From Hamiltosporidium tvaerminnensis FI-OER-3-3 (taxonomy: Eukaryota; Fungi; Microsporidia): a stretch of 64,000 nt of DNA. Below the pieces are notes generated by a model that was given only the letters and a program-made list of their open reading frames with translations, did no database searches and was not told where the DNA came from. A program made the translations under genes and the position numbers. How positions within the stretch are numbered: position 1 is the first letter of the stretch; each line of letters starts with the position of its first letter. This document shows, one piece after another, positions 32,479 to 46,100 of the stretch. The DNA is taken from assembly GCA_022605425.2 (NCBI GenBank), contig CM061249.1:930001-994000 (forward strand). The letters are read 5' to 3'.

Positions 32479-35400
32479 ATTTGAAATACCAGATTTATTA
32501 AATAAATTTATTAAAAATTATTTGTTAGAAAAAATAACAAATTTGAGTCCAAAATCTTTAAATATTTAAGGAAAATTTATAATAGAATTAGTATTTCAGA
32601 AGTAAATTTCTTAAAAATTATTTTGCTAAAAAAAATCTTTATAAAATGCATCTTTAAACCCTTTAATGCCAATACTTGCAAGACTTACAGATAAACAAAA
32701 ATTTTCTTTTTATAAAATTTCTAAAAACGGAGAAAAATCATTCATTACAGAATTCAATACTTCAAATTTGGTCGAAGACTACTTCATTAATAATAAAGGA
32801 CAACTCTTTTATATAATGAACAGATCACTTTATAGTACAGAAGGATTTATAAAGAAAATGGACGAAGATAGATATGAATGGTACAAAGGAAAAGAAAAAA
32901 GTTATTTGTTTTATATTAGCAATAAAATTTTATGGAAAATAGAATTGACAATTCAAAGAAATAAAACAGGTTTGGATTCTGTAAATTCACCTATTTTTGT
33001 GTGTGAAATTTTCAAAGATGATTTTTACAAAATAATTGTCGTTTCAGAAAATCAAATATTTTTATTTTCAGAAAAAACTTTAATTTCTATTTTTAATTCA
33101 AATTTAAAGCAACAAGAATTTCCTTTTAAAATAAATAATGTAAAGCATTGTCTTGATCGTTTATTAATTATTGATGAGAATTTCAGTGTTCATTTTTTTA
33201 TGATAGCTAATAATAGAATAGAAGGCGGATTTAAAAGTATTTGTAAGGAGGTTTCATTTTTAAAGGTAAGTTTGGATGGGATACTGGTTTTATATGGAAA
33301 AGGAGAAATATTTTTTGTAGATGTAAAAAATAAAAGAATTTTACGAAGAGAACAGCATATTGTAGAAGATGTTTTAATTTTGAATTGTAAAACTTTTTAT
33401 TTTGTAAACGAAGAAGGAATTTTTAGATTTTATATTGAAAATGGAAAAAGTGAGATTTTTATTTCTGGAAAAGGCGAATATAAAATATTTGATTTTGAAA
33501 AACCAATCGAAAGTAAAGGTGATGGAGATTCGAGTAGAAATGAAAGTTTTGTTGAAAAAAAAATATTTTTAAACGAGAAAAAATCAGACGAAACTAAGAG
33601 TGGAAATGAAGAAAAGAGTTTTTCTGGTGAAAATGAAAGTTTTGTTGAAAAATCAAAATCACCAAGAAAAATGGAAAATCCAACTCTTAAAAACCCAAAT
33701 ATAAGAAATGAAAATCTAAAAAAAGAAAATGAAAATTTTCTTGGAAATTCTAATATTTCTTTTAAACAAGATTCTCTCATTAAAAACGAAGATTTGAGTA
33801 AAAATTCATCTGTAAAATTTCAAAGTCATTTCGAAGAAAACTTCAAGAAAAACGATGACTTTTTAGATTCTGAAAAATCAAACTCTAAAAACAAAGAAAC
33901 TTCTTCTGTAAATAAGAATTCTATCAACTTTAATTCTTACAATAATTCTGAGTTGAGAAGTAATGAAAGTTTTATTGAAAATGCAAATTCAAATGATTTT
34001 GATTCGAATAGAAACTCTGAATTCAGAAAGAAAGAAATCGTTTTTGAACATACAAATCCCAATAATTTTAATACAAAAAATAATTTTGATGATAAAAATA
34101 AATTTGATGATAAAAATAATTTTAAAGATGAAAGATTTCCATGTGGTAGTTGTAAACGCAGAATTATAGAAATTGAAGAACTCAGAAATTTTATGTTTCA
34201 AATGAAAATAGAAATGAGGAGAGAAATTTTTGCACTTCGTAAAGAAATAGAGAAGCTTAAAAAAAATAGAAATTAAAATTTGATGTTTTCGTTTTTGTAG
34301 TTCATTCATTAAAAGCAAATATTTTTAGTATAAATTTTTTAACAAATTTGTTTAAATTTATTTTCACGGAATATTTTCAATTTTTTGTAAATTCAAAATA
34401 AATTATAGTTTTGAATCGAATTTTATTGAATTCGAAAACGTCAATATTAGAAAAAAAAGTATATAGAAGAATCAAAAGGATGTAACTCACACTGATGTGA
34501 TAAATAAAAGCGAAATAGTAGTTCAAAATTATGAGTAACCCCCACCCAGAGGTTATTTACTCCCGAATTTCAATACAATGGACACATCTCACACCAAACC
34601 AAACACTAAATAGCATACAAAATAATGAGCTGGAAACCTTGCCTTTGTCTTATAAACACCCTCTTATCAGTTAAACTCTCTGCTTGTGATCTATCGCATA
34701 AAATAACAAAAAACCGTGTTCGCGCTCTCTTAGAGGAAAATCAATCTATTAGATACAAAAAATAGTCGATTCTGTAACAGCAGACCAGCAACTGTATCTT
34801 GAATTACATTTTTCTTAACAAACAAAGTTTGTATGAATGTCCCAAAATATCAGGAAAGACCTCACATATTTAAAAATGTAAAATTCATTGCTTATACCTC
34901 TTAATCAGTTACAAAATTAAGTACGAAATGAATTAATGCCAGAATAAGGGAAAATGTGACTATGAAGAGTGATATAGGTCATTCATCTTTCTTTCCAGAT
35001 CAGTTCTTCTGACCAACATCCTCCCCACACATAATTCCGGAAGATCAGTAAATAAACAAAATGTATAAAGTTCGAAAAAGCAAATTGAAGAAGATGTGGT
35101 TTGTATTAGATAGATTCACAGGTAAATTAACGGATAAAAAAGCTCCCAATCTTAATTATAGATTTGTTAATATATTAAAATGCACCTTTCATAAGTCCAT
35201 GACGGATTCCCGACATATCATACAAGCTGCGCAGGTATGTTATAACGAGACAATAAATACAGAGAAGTTTATATAAGCATAGAAAAATATAGAAAATAAA
35301 ATATTAGAGAGGCCAGTGTGTACAATGGGCCGTAATGCTATTAACCAAGAATTTTAATCGTTTGTAATAATCGATATTCTTTTTTTATAACGACCTAAAA

Positions 35401-36881
35401 CGGTGAAATTCACTAATAATGAAACGAAGAGCATATAGAAATCTATGCAAGAATTTAATTTGTACTTGAATTGAAAAATTATATTTTTGAGACTGTGATA
35501 AACAATAATAGCTTTTTGAATATTTATTTGAAAAAACTACAATGTATAAAAGAAGGAAATCATTTTGAAAATCCATTGTATGTATGTCCTTTTCCGAAAT
35601 GGATTTTTCAATAAGTAACATGTGATTTTAAATTCGGCTTGTGATTAATCGTTAATAATTATAGGTTTATTTTCAAAATGTAGAACAAGAATACTTAAGC
35701 ACCTCGCTAAAAAAATATGTTATAGAATCTATTTAAGACGCTTTTTGAGCTCTGTTATCTGTCCACAAGGAGCTTATATATATTATTTTTCGGCACCCTG
35801 GCGGAAAAGCCGCCGGATTTGGTATATAGGATTTCTATATTTAGAAACTTATATGTTAACAATATATTTATGATTAGGCAGAAAGCATGGGTTTAGAAGA
35901 ACCCCTTGGACTAGCTAGTTTTATTATTAGCTGATGTACCTCGTTTTAAAACCATACAGCAAAGTGATTCTGAAGTTTAGATGAACTATTTAGATATTGA
36001 ACATCTGCAAGCTTACTACAGGTTGTTGCAAAAGTCGTTTGTATTAAATAGAAAGCGGGGTTAGGCATCCATCACCAACTAGATACTATGTAAATCTTGG
36101 AGGCAGTAAAAAGCAGGTTCTGCTTAATGTTATACTAATTAAGAATATAAGAAACAATCCAGAGAAGTATAGATCAATTTTGAACCAAAAAATAATAAAA
36201 CTTGCATACATATTTAATAGAATGAATGGACTATCCGAATTATCGATTCAATTCGAAAATTATTTGATACGAAATATAATAGTAAAATTTCAATAAAAAA
36301 GTTGCAGAAGCTACAAGCCGGTGTATTTATGCCTGGGTATTGTTTTTCACCTCTAGTTCTCGTGTTTTTGTTCTTATTTTAAGCTGTAAACTAAGTTAAA
36401 AAGCAAAAGAACGATAATACATAGCAACAACGTTTTCTGATCGATAAATTATATGTTTTTTATAGATGCTCTTGGCTTTTCAGAAGTAAATGATACTCGA
36501 GCTTTAATGAAATTGAAGTACAATATGTATTCTGAAAAATAAAGTAAAAATTAACAATTAAGAGGAACATAAATCACCCGGGAGAGATAAAAGCTCATAC
36601 CTTAAGAAGGAGGATATGCTAACAAACATATAAATGATGGAAAATGGCAAAGAAACCCAAAAGTTTCTTATTTATGGAAAAAGAGATGTTGTATTGTAAA
36701 AATGGAAAAATCATGTCACATCAAAATAAGTACAAAAAATTTATTTAAAACTACTTATCAACAGGAAATATTGTATCTAATATATCAACTAAATGTGGTT
36801 CGACTCCCGTATGCGAATTTGAGGGTTGGGTGAGGCAGTCTTACTGAGGTAGCAACGAGCAAAATACATCAAGCCTTGAAT
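32479..36881 (+). repeat. Right arm of the 4.4-kb inverted segmental duplication
   Basis: It is the reverse complement of 12308..16707. Confidence 0.97.
32666..34276 (+). CDS. 536-aa protein: predicted beta-propeller (WD40-like) N-terminus, N/S/K/E-rich linker, CxxC plus C-terminal coiled coil (NEDD1-like architecture, tentative)
   Basis: Intact ORF with CCC before the ATG. The first ~280 aa are rich in predicted beta strands. The C-terminus is CGSCKRRIIEIEELRNFMFQMKIEMRREIFALRKEIEKLKK. Confidence 0.8.
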   Translation: MPILARLTDKQKFSFYKISKNGEKSFITEFNTSNLVEDYFINNKGQLFYIMNRSLYSTEGFIKKMDEDRYEWYKGKEKSYLFYISNKILWKIELTIQRNKTGLDSVNSPIFVCEIFKDDFYKIIVVSENQIFLFSEKTLISIFNSNLKQQEFPFKINNVKHCLDRLLIIDENFSVHFFMIANNRIEGGFKSICKEVSFLKVSLDGILVLYGKGEIFFVDVKNKRILRREQHIVEDVLILNCKTFYFVNEEGIFRFYIENGKSEIFISGKGEYKIFDFEKPIESKGDGDSSRNESFVEKKIFLNEKKSDETKSGNEEKSFSGENESFVEKSKSPRKMENPTLKNPNIRNENLKKENENFLGNSNISFKQDSLIKNEDLSKNSSVKFQSHFEENFKKNDDFLDSEKSNSKNKETSSVNKNSINFNSYNNSELRSNESFIENANSNDFDSNRNSEFRKKEIVFEHTNPNNFNTKNNFDDKNKFDDKNNFKDERFPCGSCKRRIIEIEELRNFMFQMKIEMRREIFALRKEIEKLKKNRN

Positions 36882-37950
36882 GAAAACGGGCGTGTTTCCT
36901 AATAGAACAGAACTTAGAAAAATCCTACTTAGTGATAAGCTGCGAAGAGAAACATTTCTTTGCAACTCTTAGAGACCAAAGAGAAAACCGCGTAAAGAAT
37001 CTATCACAAGAGCAGCATTCGTAACGATGAAGAATAATAAAAGGTACAAGCTCAGGATACAAATTAAATTGCTTAATAAACAAACGAAAACCACATTCAA
37101 AGTTAACAACGCTTTTAAAACAAGTTATTAGGTATTAAATAGCCCACAACATAGTTTAAAGTGGCGATGCAAATACGCGTGTTTTGATTATATTTCTGCT
37201 ATATGTAGAATAGTAAGGTATTCTCGGACGTAAAATTTATGAGCCATCACCGCAATTTTCCTAAGTCTTCTAGACAATTTAGCGATGGTATGTGGGAAAA
37301 TACCTTTTTTTACCACAATAATAGACAAAATAATCCTGTAATTTTCTGCAAAGATTTAAGTTTTAACTGAATTAGGAGTCAGTGAGTTTAGAAAACTTTT
37401 GATACCGAGTATACAGAGAAAGAAATAAATCCGCGAAATAAAAACATAGCTCCAAATCCGACATATTGACTAAATATATTCGTTTTAGACAAGAGATTCT
37501 AGCATAGCTTTTTTAAGTAATTATTACATTCCAAGATTCATTTCAAATAGTTTAAACCAAAAAAACTCTGAAAATTAGCTTATATTTAAAAATATAAGGC
37601 TTTAGAAATAGATGTATTCTAGAGTTATTTCCTTATATTCTGACCTCGACGTATGATGGTGAAATATAATATCATGTATCTGCGAACATTGCGAGTACTT
37701 CATGGATAAATAGGCGTATATTCAATGAAACCATACATAAATACGTAAAACATTCTCTTTTGTTTACGAATCAAATTAAGTCAAGAACAACGGCTGAATA
37801 GAGCCGAGAGAACATAAATGAATATTTACAGGACTGAACACCAAAAAAAGCTTCTATGTTCACCAAATATACATAATAACGAGATAAAAGTGTTAAACAA
37901 AGAAACATAAATCAATGAGCCTTAAAGCGTGATATTAAGACGCAAGCAAA
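34490..37950 (+). mobile_element. Degenerate RLE-type non-LTR retrotransposon; 5' part shared with the duplication, 3' part (36882 onward) from a different old copy
   Basis: After 36881 the sequence continues with diverged RTEL..L, LQL, PD, IFVLDK, PYILT and AYIQ remnants that are homologous to 1..790 and 11050-12300. Confidence 0.7.
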
Positions 37951-39174
37951 GCAGTTAACACAGAATTCAAAAGAAAAAAACATATTGACACATCTAACTA
38001 TTACAATTAAAGAAGTAGAATATAGACGCAAATTGATTAAATAAATAACTCACTAGATATATACAATCTCTTGTAAATTTAAGAAAAGAAAAGATTTAAC
38101 CAAATTTTTCTCATCCATGACTGGCATTTACCACCAAAAAAGCGACTCTAATACTTGCATAACAAAGCCTTCTTAATTTTTTTTTCTAATTTTTGCAAAC
38201 TCGTTTCAAGTTCGTTAAAACATGATTTTGGAGATAAAGGCGAAAACCAAAGCACAACGAATAGTTCGTCTTCATAAGAACTCTTAGAAGGATTTAGTAA
38301 ACAATCCACTGCTTATGCGAAATAATGTTTAGCATAAGCTCAAACATTTTTTTGATTATTTAGTAAGTCTAAAAATTTTGACAAAGTCAATAATAATTCT
38401 CAATGATGCCCTATAATTTAATATTCTTAAAATATTTTTATAATTAAAAATTTATTTGTGAAAACTAAAAGAAAAATAATTCTATAAAAATGTTTAGATA
38501 AGATTTAGAAATCATTATCAAAATTGTGAACTTTTTTGTCGAAATCAAATTTAATCTGACCAATAGAACGTCTATATTGTAAAAAATATGATTTGTATCA
38601 TTATTTGCGAGAAAAATTACTTTTTAAATCTAAATAAATTATTTTATTTGGTTTTAATATTTCTATTTCAAAAAAATACTATTCTTTCCAAAAACACTTT
38701 ATGCTCTTCAAACATAGCATATAGTCACAGATATATGACTTTTTTGAAAATTGATTTCTATTTGTTTCGTTTTTCAAAGAACTGCAGGATAACAAATTTC
38801 TTTAAAACGGTCTTAGTTGTTTAAAATGCCAAAAATTTCGCAATTAATACACCAAACGATTTCTATTCCCTCTTGCTTTATACAGAAAAAATGAACCAAA
38901 TTTGTTATCGAGTTTAAAAATATTTCGATAAATATAATAAAAAAATGTTCACTTTATGCCGAATAGAATCGCCGTGTTTACAAGCTATTTTTTCAAAATT
39001 AAAAATAATAATAAAAAAAGTTTTATTGATGAATACTAGTTTCCATTACTTAGCGTCAGCATATAAGTTGTTGAACAGTAGTATTTTTTGTATCTAATCG
39101 TGTACATCTCTTCGAAATTGGGTTTCCAACCCTCTTTTATCATATGTACATGAACAAACAGACATCGGGTTTCT

Positions 39175-39345
39175 TATACATTAACCAACTACCTAGGCTA
39201 AGTCTCCTTACGGAGCTAGAGTCTCTATTTTGTCTTTTAAAAATATGATTGTATGAGATAGGGTCGTGAGTACAAGTGCTCAACCCCCTTCCTTTTCCAG
39301 ACTTGAGACTAGCTGAGGATGGAATTGCACAAACTCTACAGAAGC
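39175..39345 (-). ncRNA. Second short element with a degenerate twister-ribozyme-like head
   Basis: The minus strand reads GCTAGTCTCAAGTCTGGAAAAGGAAGGGGGTTGAG (39279-39313), followed by a CTCCGTAAGGAG hairpin tail. Confidence 0.6.
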
Positions 39346-40039
39346 ACGCTTTTTATATAAAATAGCAATATATTCTTTAACATATGGTGTTTGTATAAAT
39401 TTTCTATATTTTTGGTGTTTATATAAACGAAAATTTTATTTATATAAGATAATTAGCTTCATTTCAGATTCAAAAAACATTAGAAAGATATAATTTTAAC
39501 CACTGAATTAATTTTAATATCTAAAGAATATTATCTTGCAATATTAAGATCCGATTTTGTTATTTTTCTCTAACATCAAGATTCACAAGATCTATATAGA
39601 AAAAAGTTCTTTGTCTCCGAGACATTTCGTCTATATTTGTGTTCTCTATTTACATCCATGTCACATATAATAAAAGAATTATTCCAAGATCGATATCTAT
39701 TTAAATAAAAGAATGATTACAAAAAAAATAGTTGAGGTATAAGAAATTTTCTGATAGAATAGCGACTATTAAAAGTTTAAATGAATTTAAAATTTATAAG
39801 ACATTTATAATTTAATTATCCATATATTTCCAAAAGAACTAACCGAGATTTTATGAATTATTAAATTGTTAAAACATAGGATATTCTATAGATCATTGTT
39901 CTTTTTGTTGCGAATTACAAAAGTTGCTGTTACAATTAAAGACAACACCTAGAAGATAAATCTTACTAACTGGTGTTTAGGTTCTAATTTCCGGCTTACA
40001 GAATATTTATCAATTTATTTTATTTAAAAATTGTCAATG

Positions 40040-40105
40040 TGTGGGGATGAAAACATATTAAAAACCATCTGCTGGGCGATGAGTTTGTAAATTCATATGT
40101 AAACC
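40040..40105 (+). repeat. Truncated end fragment of the ~690-bp element
   Basis: AAAAACCATCTGCTGGGCGATGAGT matches AAAAACCATCTGCTTGGTAATGAGT at ~16732-16756. Confidence 0.5.
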
Positions 40106-43100
40106 CTTACTGCCATTGTGGAGCGATATAAATCACACAGGATTCAATCCCCTATAAACAGATTTACAACAGATTAAAAGAAACAGATCGACAATTTTCC
40201 TTTGTGCCTCACTGACACCGAAAGGTAAAAGAGAAGGAATAAAAATGTACGTAAGTAATAATTTTTTATTTGTTGTATTTTTTTCGCACTAAAAAGACAA
40301 CTTATTTTATTGATGCTTGACTAAATAAAAATTTTCTGGACTAAAAATTTCTTATTAACTGAAATAGGGCATTAATTTTTTCTATACTACAAAACGCATA
40401 GTCTATATATAAACCGATGCCTTAAATGAATCATAATAAAGTTATAACACGATGAAAAGATTAAAAGTAAGATATATAATAGGCAATGCAAAGAAATATC
40501 TCAAAAAAGCCAATACTAGTAAATCTATCTTATTGCGTTTATACCATGGCATTCAGATGAATATTTAAAACAGTAACTAATTCGCTTAAAATTCTATTAA
40601 ATCTAGCAGGAAAATATAAATCCAGTCTATATCAAAAAAATTAGATTTTTACTTTTTATGAAGAATTTTTGCAAATTTCTTGCAAAATAAGTTCCTAGGT
40701 AAAATAGCCTTTTTGTTTCTTGGAAATCGGAGTTCATTTCTTCTAAAAACGAAAAATTAAAAGACTATTAAAATTACAATAGTCTTAAAAATAGCAATCA
40801 AAATTTCAAATTAAGTTTAAACGCTGTGATATGTTTGAATATTTCGCAACATATATATTCTTAAAAAGTAAAATGCCTCGTTTGAAGAAAAAATATAAAA
40901 ATTGTATTCAATAAATATCACAAATTTTTATAAAAGTGGCCGTATTATATTGTTTTGGAGATTTTATGCATTTACTGGCTTAACATAGATAACAGCTCTT
41001 TCAACGCCATATCGGTAGGCTTTATGATATCCCCATCCCGAAGCTTTTATATCAGTAAAAGAGAATAAATTAATTTTGAAAAAACGTTGCTTGGGAATTT
41101 CACAGGTAGTAACCGCCCTCGGGCGGCTCATGAACAAAGCATTCCATTTTACCCTACATTTTCTGACCAGAATAGAACTCATGCTCATAAATGTCTTGAC
41201 GAACTACACAGAGGTCTGTGCCAATATTATAATACCATATCAACAGTCAAAAACCTGCTACTTAGCTTCCTCGCGTCTTAAAAACCAGTGTTTTTGTATT
41301 GTCGGGTGTAAGTCTTCCAAGAGTGAGCAAAACCAGGTCTTGGTTTTTACAAGACATGCATCTTAAAATCAAATCATACTTTTCAATTTAATTCCATTGA
41401 CAAACAAATCCTTTTTTTAGAAAAGTTTTAATATCTTTATCTTTGTAAACCTTTCACGATAAAAAAACCCGAAATATAATGTGATTTAATCCCAATAACC
41501 ATTTACTCAAGGATTTTCGCACAATTTTTCCAAATAATTGTCGAGCGGATGGTGTTTGATTCGGCTATCCGCTCTTATTTTTTAGAAATAAATAATATTA
41601 TAATTATATACCACAATATTTGATATATGAATACAGATCCTATTGAAATTTATCAGTGCAAAGCGCTCAGAATTAGAAACATTAGTATTTAATTTTAGTA
41701 ATCTAAAAAAATGAGATGCTAGAAGATTATTCATGTTATAGACTATAACTCTCAAAATGTATTTTTGACTGTATTTAAAACTTTGAAAAAGCCTATGAGA
41801 CTATAAACAACACATTTAAATATAATTATCTATACTCCAGTATTAATTGTATTACAATCTAAATAGAATATTCAAATATATATTTCGATCAAAAAATTAG
41901 AGAATTTCGAAGGGTATCTAGGAACGAAAACATAAAATGCAACTTATTTGTCTTAAGCAACTTCTTTGACTTAATGCTAAACTTAAATACATATAAACGC
42001 ATTAGATAAGACTTAATTTTAAAATAAAATATAATACAGATGCTCTAAAACCAAACTTAATATTTAATCGGAAATATTGGGATCCACTTTTAAATAATCG
42101 ATATATTTAAGCCTTTGCTGTATATTTTTAGGCCAAAAACCGTGGACTGAATGTTTTGATAACTATTAAAATCTAGAAGAAAAATAGATTTTATCTTAAA
42201 TTTATAATTTATAGAACCAACTGAAATTTATTCAAAATTCAAAGATTTCAAAAATTCTCTATTTTATAATTAAGATATGAAATAATATATTATAGGATAC
42301 AAATGTTGTTTCGACCTAGAACCATATATGTTCCGCACAATTTCTATGCCAATCCACAGTCCGCAAACTCAAAGAAAATTCCGAAAGCCAAAGTAAATAA
42401 GTATATTTAAAGCACATTAGTCTTTGCTTATATTTTTAAATAATATCACTTTGAATTTATTTTTGATCATTTAATCGTGTTATTAATTTACTATACTATT
42501 TTTTTTCCAATGAACTTGCCTTATGCTTAGAATATATATCGCTTGCATAATTCGTGCGTACATTATATTGTATTGCAAAAAGAAACAAAATTCTAATTTT
42601 TTTGTTGCTGTAAGAAATCACGAATACAGAATTTTGAAAGATATTAGAAAGAAAGTCTTAAACTCATTTTATTTAGAAAGTATTAAAACAAAGAAACATC
42701 GCAATTAATGTTTAAACATCCAGTTATACTGAGTCATATTGCCTTACACGTATTAACTGACAGTTTTTTACGTAATTTCTTAATAAAAACCAAAATTGAT
42801 TTCCGAATTTAACAAAATAAGTTAGATAATAAATCAAAAATAAGTTACAGTTACTGTTACCAAAACATAGCAAAACACAAAATAGTCATCGTATTTTTAT
42901 TCAATAAGAATTTTACAGTAAACAGATTTAAATAGCTCTCTAGGTCGTATTAAAACGGAAAAATTTTTTATCTTAAATAAATTCAAAATTTTTGCCAGAT
43001 TCACATTTAAATACAACATGAAATCAAAGCGATAGCCAATATAGAAAATCATTACCATGAACCAAGTACGACAATCTTAAACACGGATCACAAATACCAA

Positions 43101-46100
43101 ACTTAATAAATAACCAGATTATATAAGATTAAAGATATCCGAAGATACGGTTAATGGGACTTTGGTTACAAATATGGCACGTACCATGAAATAATAGACA
43201 AATTTAGATTAAGAAAAAAATATATTTTCTAGCTGAAAAAAAAAAAATTAAATTACTGAAATACTAGTAGCAAGATTTTTTTATTGAATAGAGCGTTTTA
43301 GATTTCTACAAACTTTATCAAAAAGACATTTTTCACGAAAATAAAATATATCTTTATTTTGAAATTCAGAATGTTTACCAAGAACTCAAAATTGACAAAA
43401 CTATGATGTAATCTTTCTGTCTTGCATTTAAATATACATATCTTGTTCGAGAAAATCAGCCCGCTTATAAACATATAGATACACATTCGAAAAAGCTTTT
43501 CTACTATTAGGTATACAGGTATTGGCTATGTAAAAGATGCTAAATTTTAAATTTAATTAAATTAAAAAGCTTTTACGAGTAAATATAACATTGGTATGAT
43601 AAACAAATTGCCTTTCCTAATATGTATAAAGAAAAATTTATAGTCAAACTCATAAACACTGATTAGGCTCTTATGAGAATACTGAATTCTCTTCTTTCAA
43701 AACTATCAATTTAAATTAAAACTTAAGGATATTTGTATTTCAGAACTTCAAAGAGAATTATATATCTATTTTATAATATTTTTTGGTGATATTCTTATAA
43801 AAAAAATAATATTTTAAATCTATGAGTATACAAGTTTAATTACTTACTTACAAATTTCAGTCTTATTTAACCTCTAAACAATAAGAATGAGCAAAGGTAA
43901 GTTTCAATTTGTTTCGTTTAATCGTTTTTAACTCGAGATTAAGGGAATTGGCTTATAATTTATGGATGGTTTATATACCATTAAAAATTTAAACCTTTGA
44001 TATTCACAGCAATTTCACATACTCGTTTATATGCTAAAAGTATTTAATTTATTATTTTCGCTCTGTCATGAGTATTATAATTAAAACCTAAATTTATAGT
44101 TAATAAACCTCCAAGAAAGATGTACATACTAGATCAACGAGCATACCAAAGCGCCCTTGTCGATATTACATTTGTTATTGAGTAAAACTTGTAACATTTT
44201 TCTTATTTCAATTTCCACACTTTTTGGAAAACAGCAGTATTTTATGGAATCACTTCGGAAAAAACACAGCCACGAATATTATTATTTTTATAGTATTGCT
44301 ACTGTTCTCGTTCTTCGTAGTTCATAGTGAGAGAATTATCGCGAAAATTTGCTTTGTACAGAACAATCCGATCAGAATTTTTCCTAAACATACATTTTTA
44401 CGTTGGAACCAAATTCATACCATTTATAATCAATTTCAAAAACAATAATTGCAAAATCAGACAAAAACGAAGTTTTTTAGAAAAAGCTAATTTCAAATAA
44501 GAAGAAAATTAATTTGTCTTAGAATGAATAGCTAATATGGTAAATTTTATTTATGAAACAAAACATGCTTAAATTCAATTTTACTTCAATAAGAGCATAG
44601 AATAATATATGTTAGATAAAAAATTCCGGTGAAAAGAATGAAAACACCAGAAATCTTTAGCAATATACTTTCTATTAGGTCCGAAACGATATAAAAATAT
44701 GAAATCTACATATTTTAAATTTTTTTGGTCTATGCAGACAATAAATACGGAGCACGATTTGCTATATATAACAGATTTTTATATTATATAAATAAAAAAA
44801 GCGATATTTAATGGGTTTTATTTCATATACACCTACTATATATATAATAAATATCTTTAGAGCAGCAGAAATACCAGAAACCAGATGGAAATTAATATGG
44901 TGTTATAACAGAGCTTTAAAACAATATTATTTTTGCTTATATTATGAACAAAATATTTAAGACTAGTATACCGTACAACAAGGCTGATAACGCAATACAT
45001 CAAATGAAAATTGTCTTTCGAATGCCTATAACTTCTCGAAGCTATGATTTATCGTGGGATTATGTTCCATCCTTAGGGAAAAAGCGAGCTATTAAATAAA
45101 TATAATGCAGCTCTTTAATCAAGAAAGTAATTAAAACGGAAAAACGGAATGCGGTTTCTTTTAATCAGCAGAGTGGAAGAAATATCAACTGTTAAAGTAC
45201 TAAAAAAAGTTTCGGCATTTTAATAATGCTATTGAATCAAGTGATAACAATAGAAAATACATTTAAATATAAAAGCAATCTTTTTAACATAAAGACAAAA
45301 CCCCATGGTATGTTAAACGCCTTTGCAACTAAATTGGATCCGCGAAACCTATTTTTTTCAGTCGTTTTGTTCTTCGGATATATTACCTTGTATTTAGCTT
45401 TTATTTTTTTAAGTTGTATTGTCATTTTGAAACAAACCTGAAATATGATCTTGAGGTGTGAATCAAAGAGATAAAAATTTTAGTTTTATTTAATGAAGTT
45501 TCTGAGCTAATTAGATATTATAATATGTTCAATTTGGTTTGTATGAACCAAAGAACATAATAGCTACAAATGCAAAGGTATTATAAGGTAATTACAATCG
45601 CAGCAATAATTTTTGTTTTGGCTGTCGAAAGACATAAATGAATATACTTGCAATCGAACCACAATTAAGTTTACTAATAATTAAGTTTACTAATAATTAA
45701 GTTTTTTCGAAGGTTTCTAAAAAGTTATGGATGATGTCTTTAAAAACAGTAATAATTTTGTTTTAAATTTAAATTTGATTTAAACCTACAGAAATGTCTT
45801 AACTTATAGTTAAAAACCTTTTTGAATATATCAAGAATTTATTTTTCAACCCTATTTCATTTTGCAATTTAGTTATATAATATATAATTTTTGTTGAAAA
45901 TAAAAAAGAAAGTCTAATTAAAAAAATATTGTTGATCATTAAATAACTATGACCTATTATTCCAAAAATGGTACTAAAAACCTTAGTCGTAAACCATCAA
46001 TCGTATTGACTGTAATAAGTATATCTTTTCATATACAAAAATTTTAATTTTTTTAAAGTCCTGTAAAAACGATGAATAAGTATATGCGATTTACAATTAT

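Noticed and set aside
8832-34318. Antisense ORFs inside the LRR-like and WD40-like genes
   Set aside because: They are shadows of AT-rich codon usage with no independent motif or CCC-ATG signal.
44224-44448. SILWNHF as a possible BED zinc-finger start
   Set aside because: The downstream CxxC and His ligands are not recoverable, so a chance match is plausible.
45663-45705. 16-bp AATTAAGTTTACTAAT tandem repeat
   Set aside because: It is an ordinary local slippage duplication.
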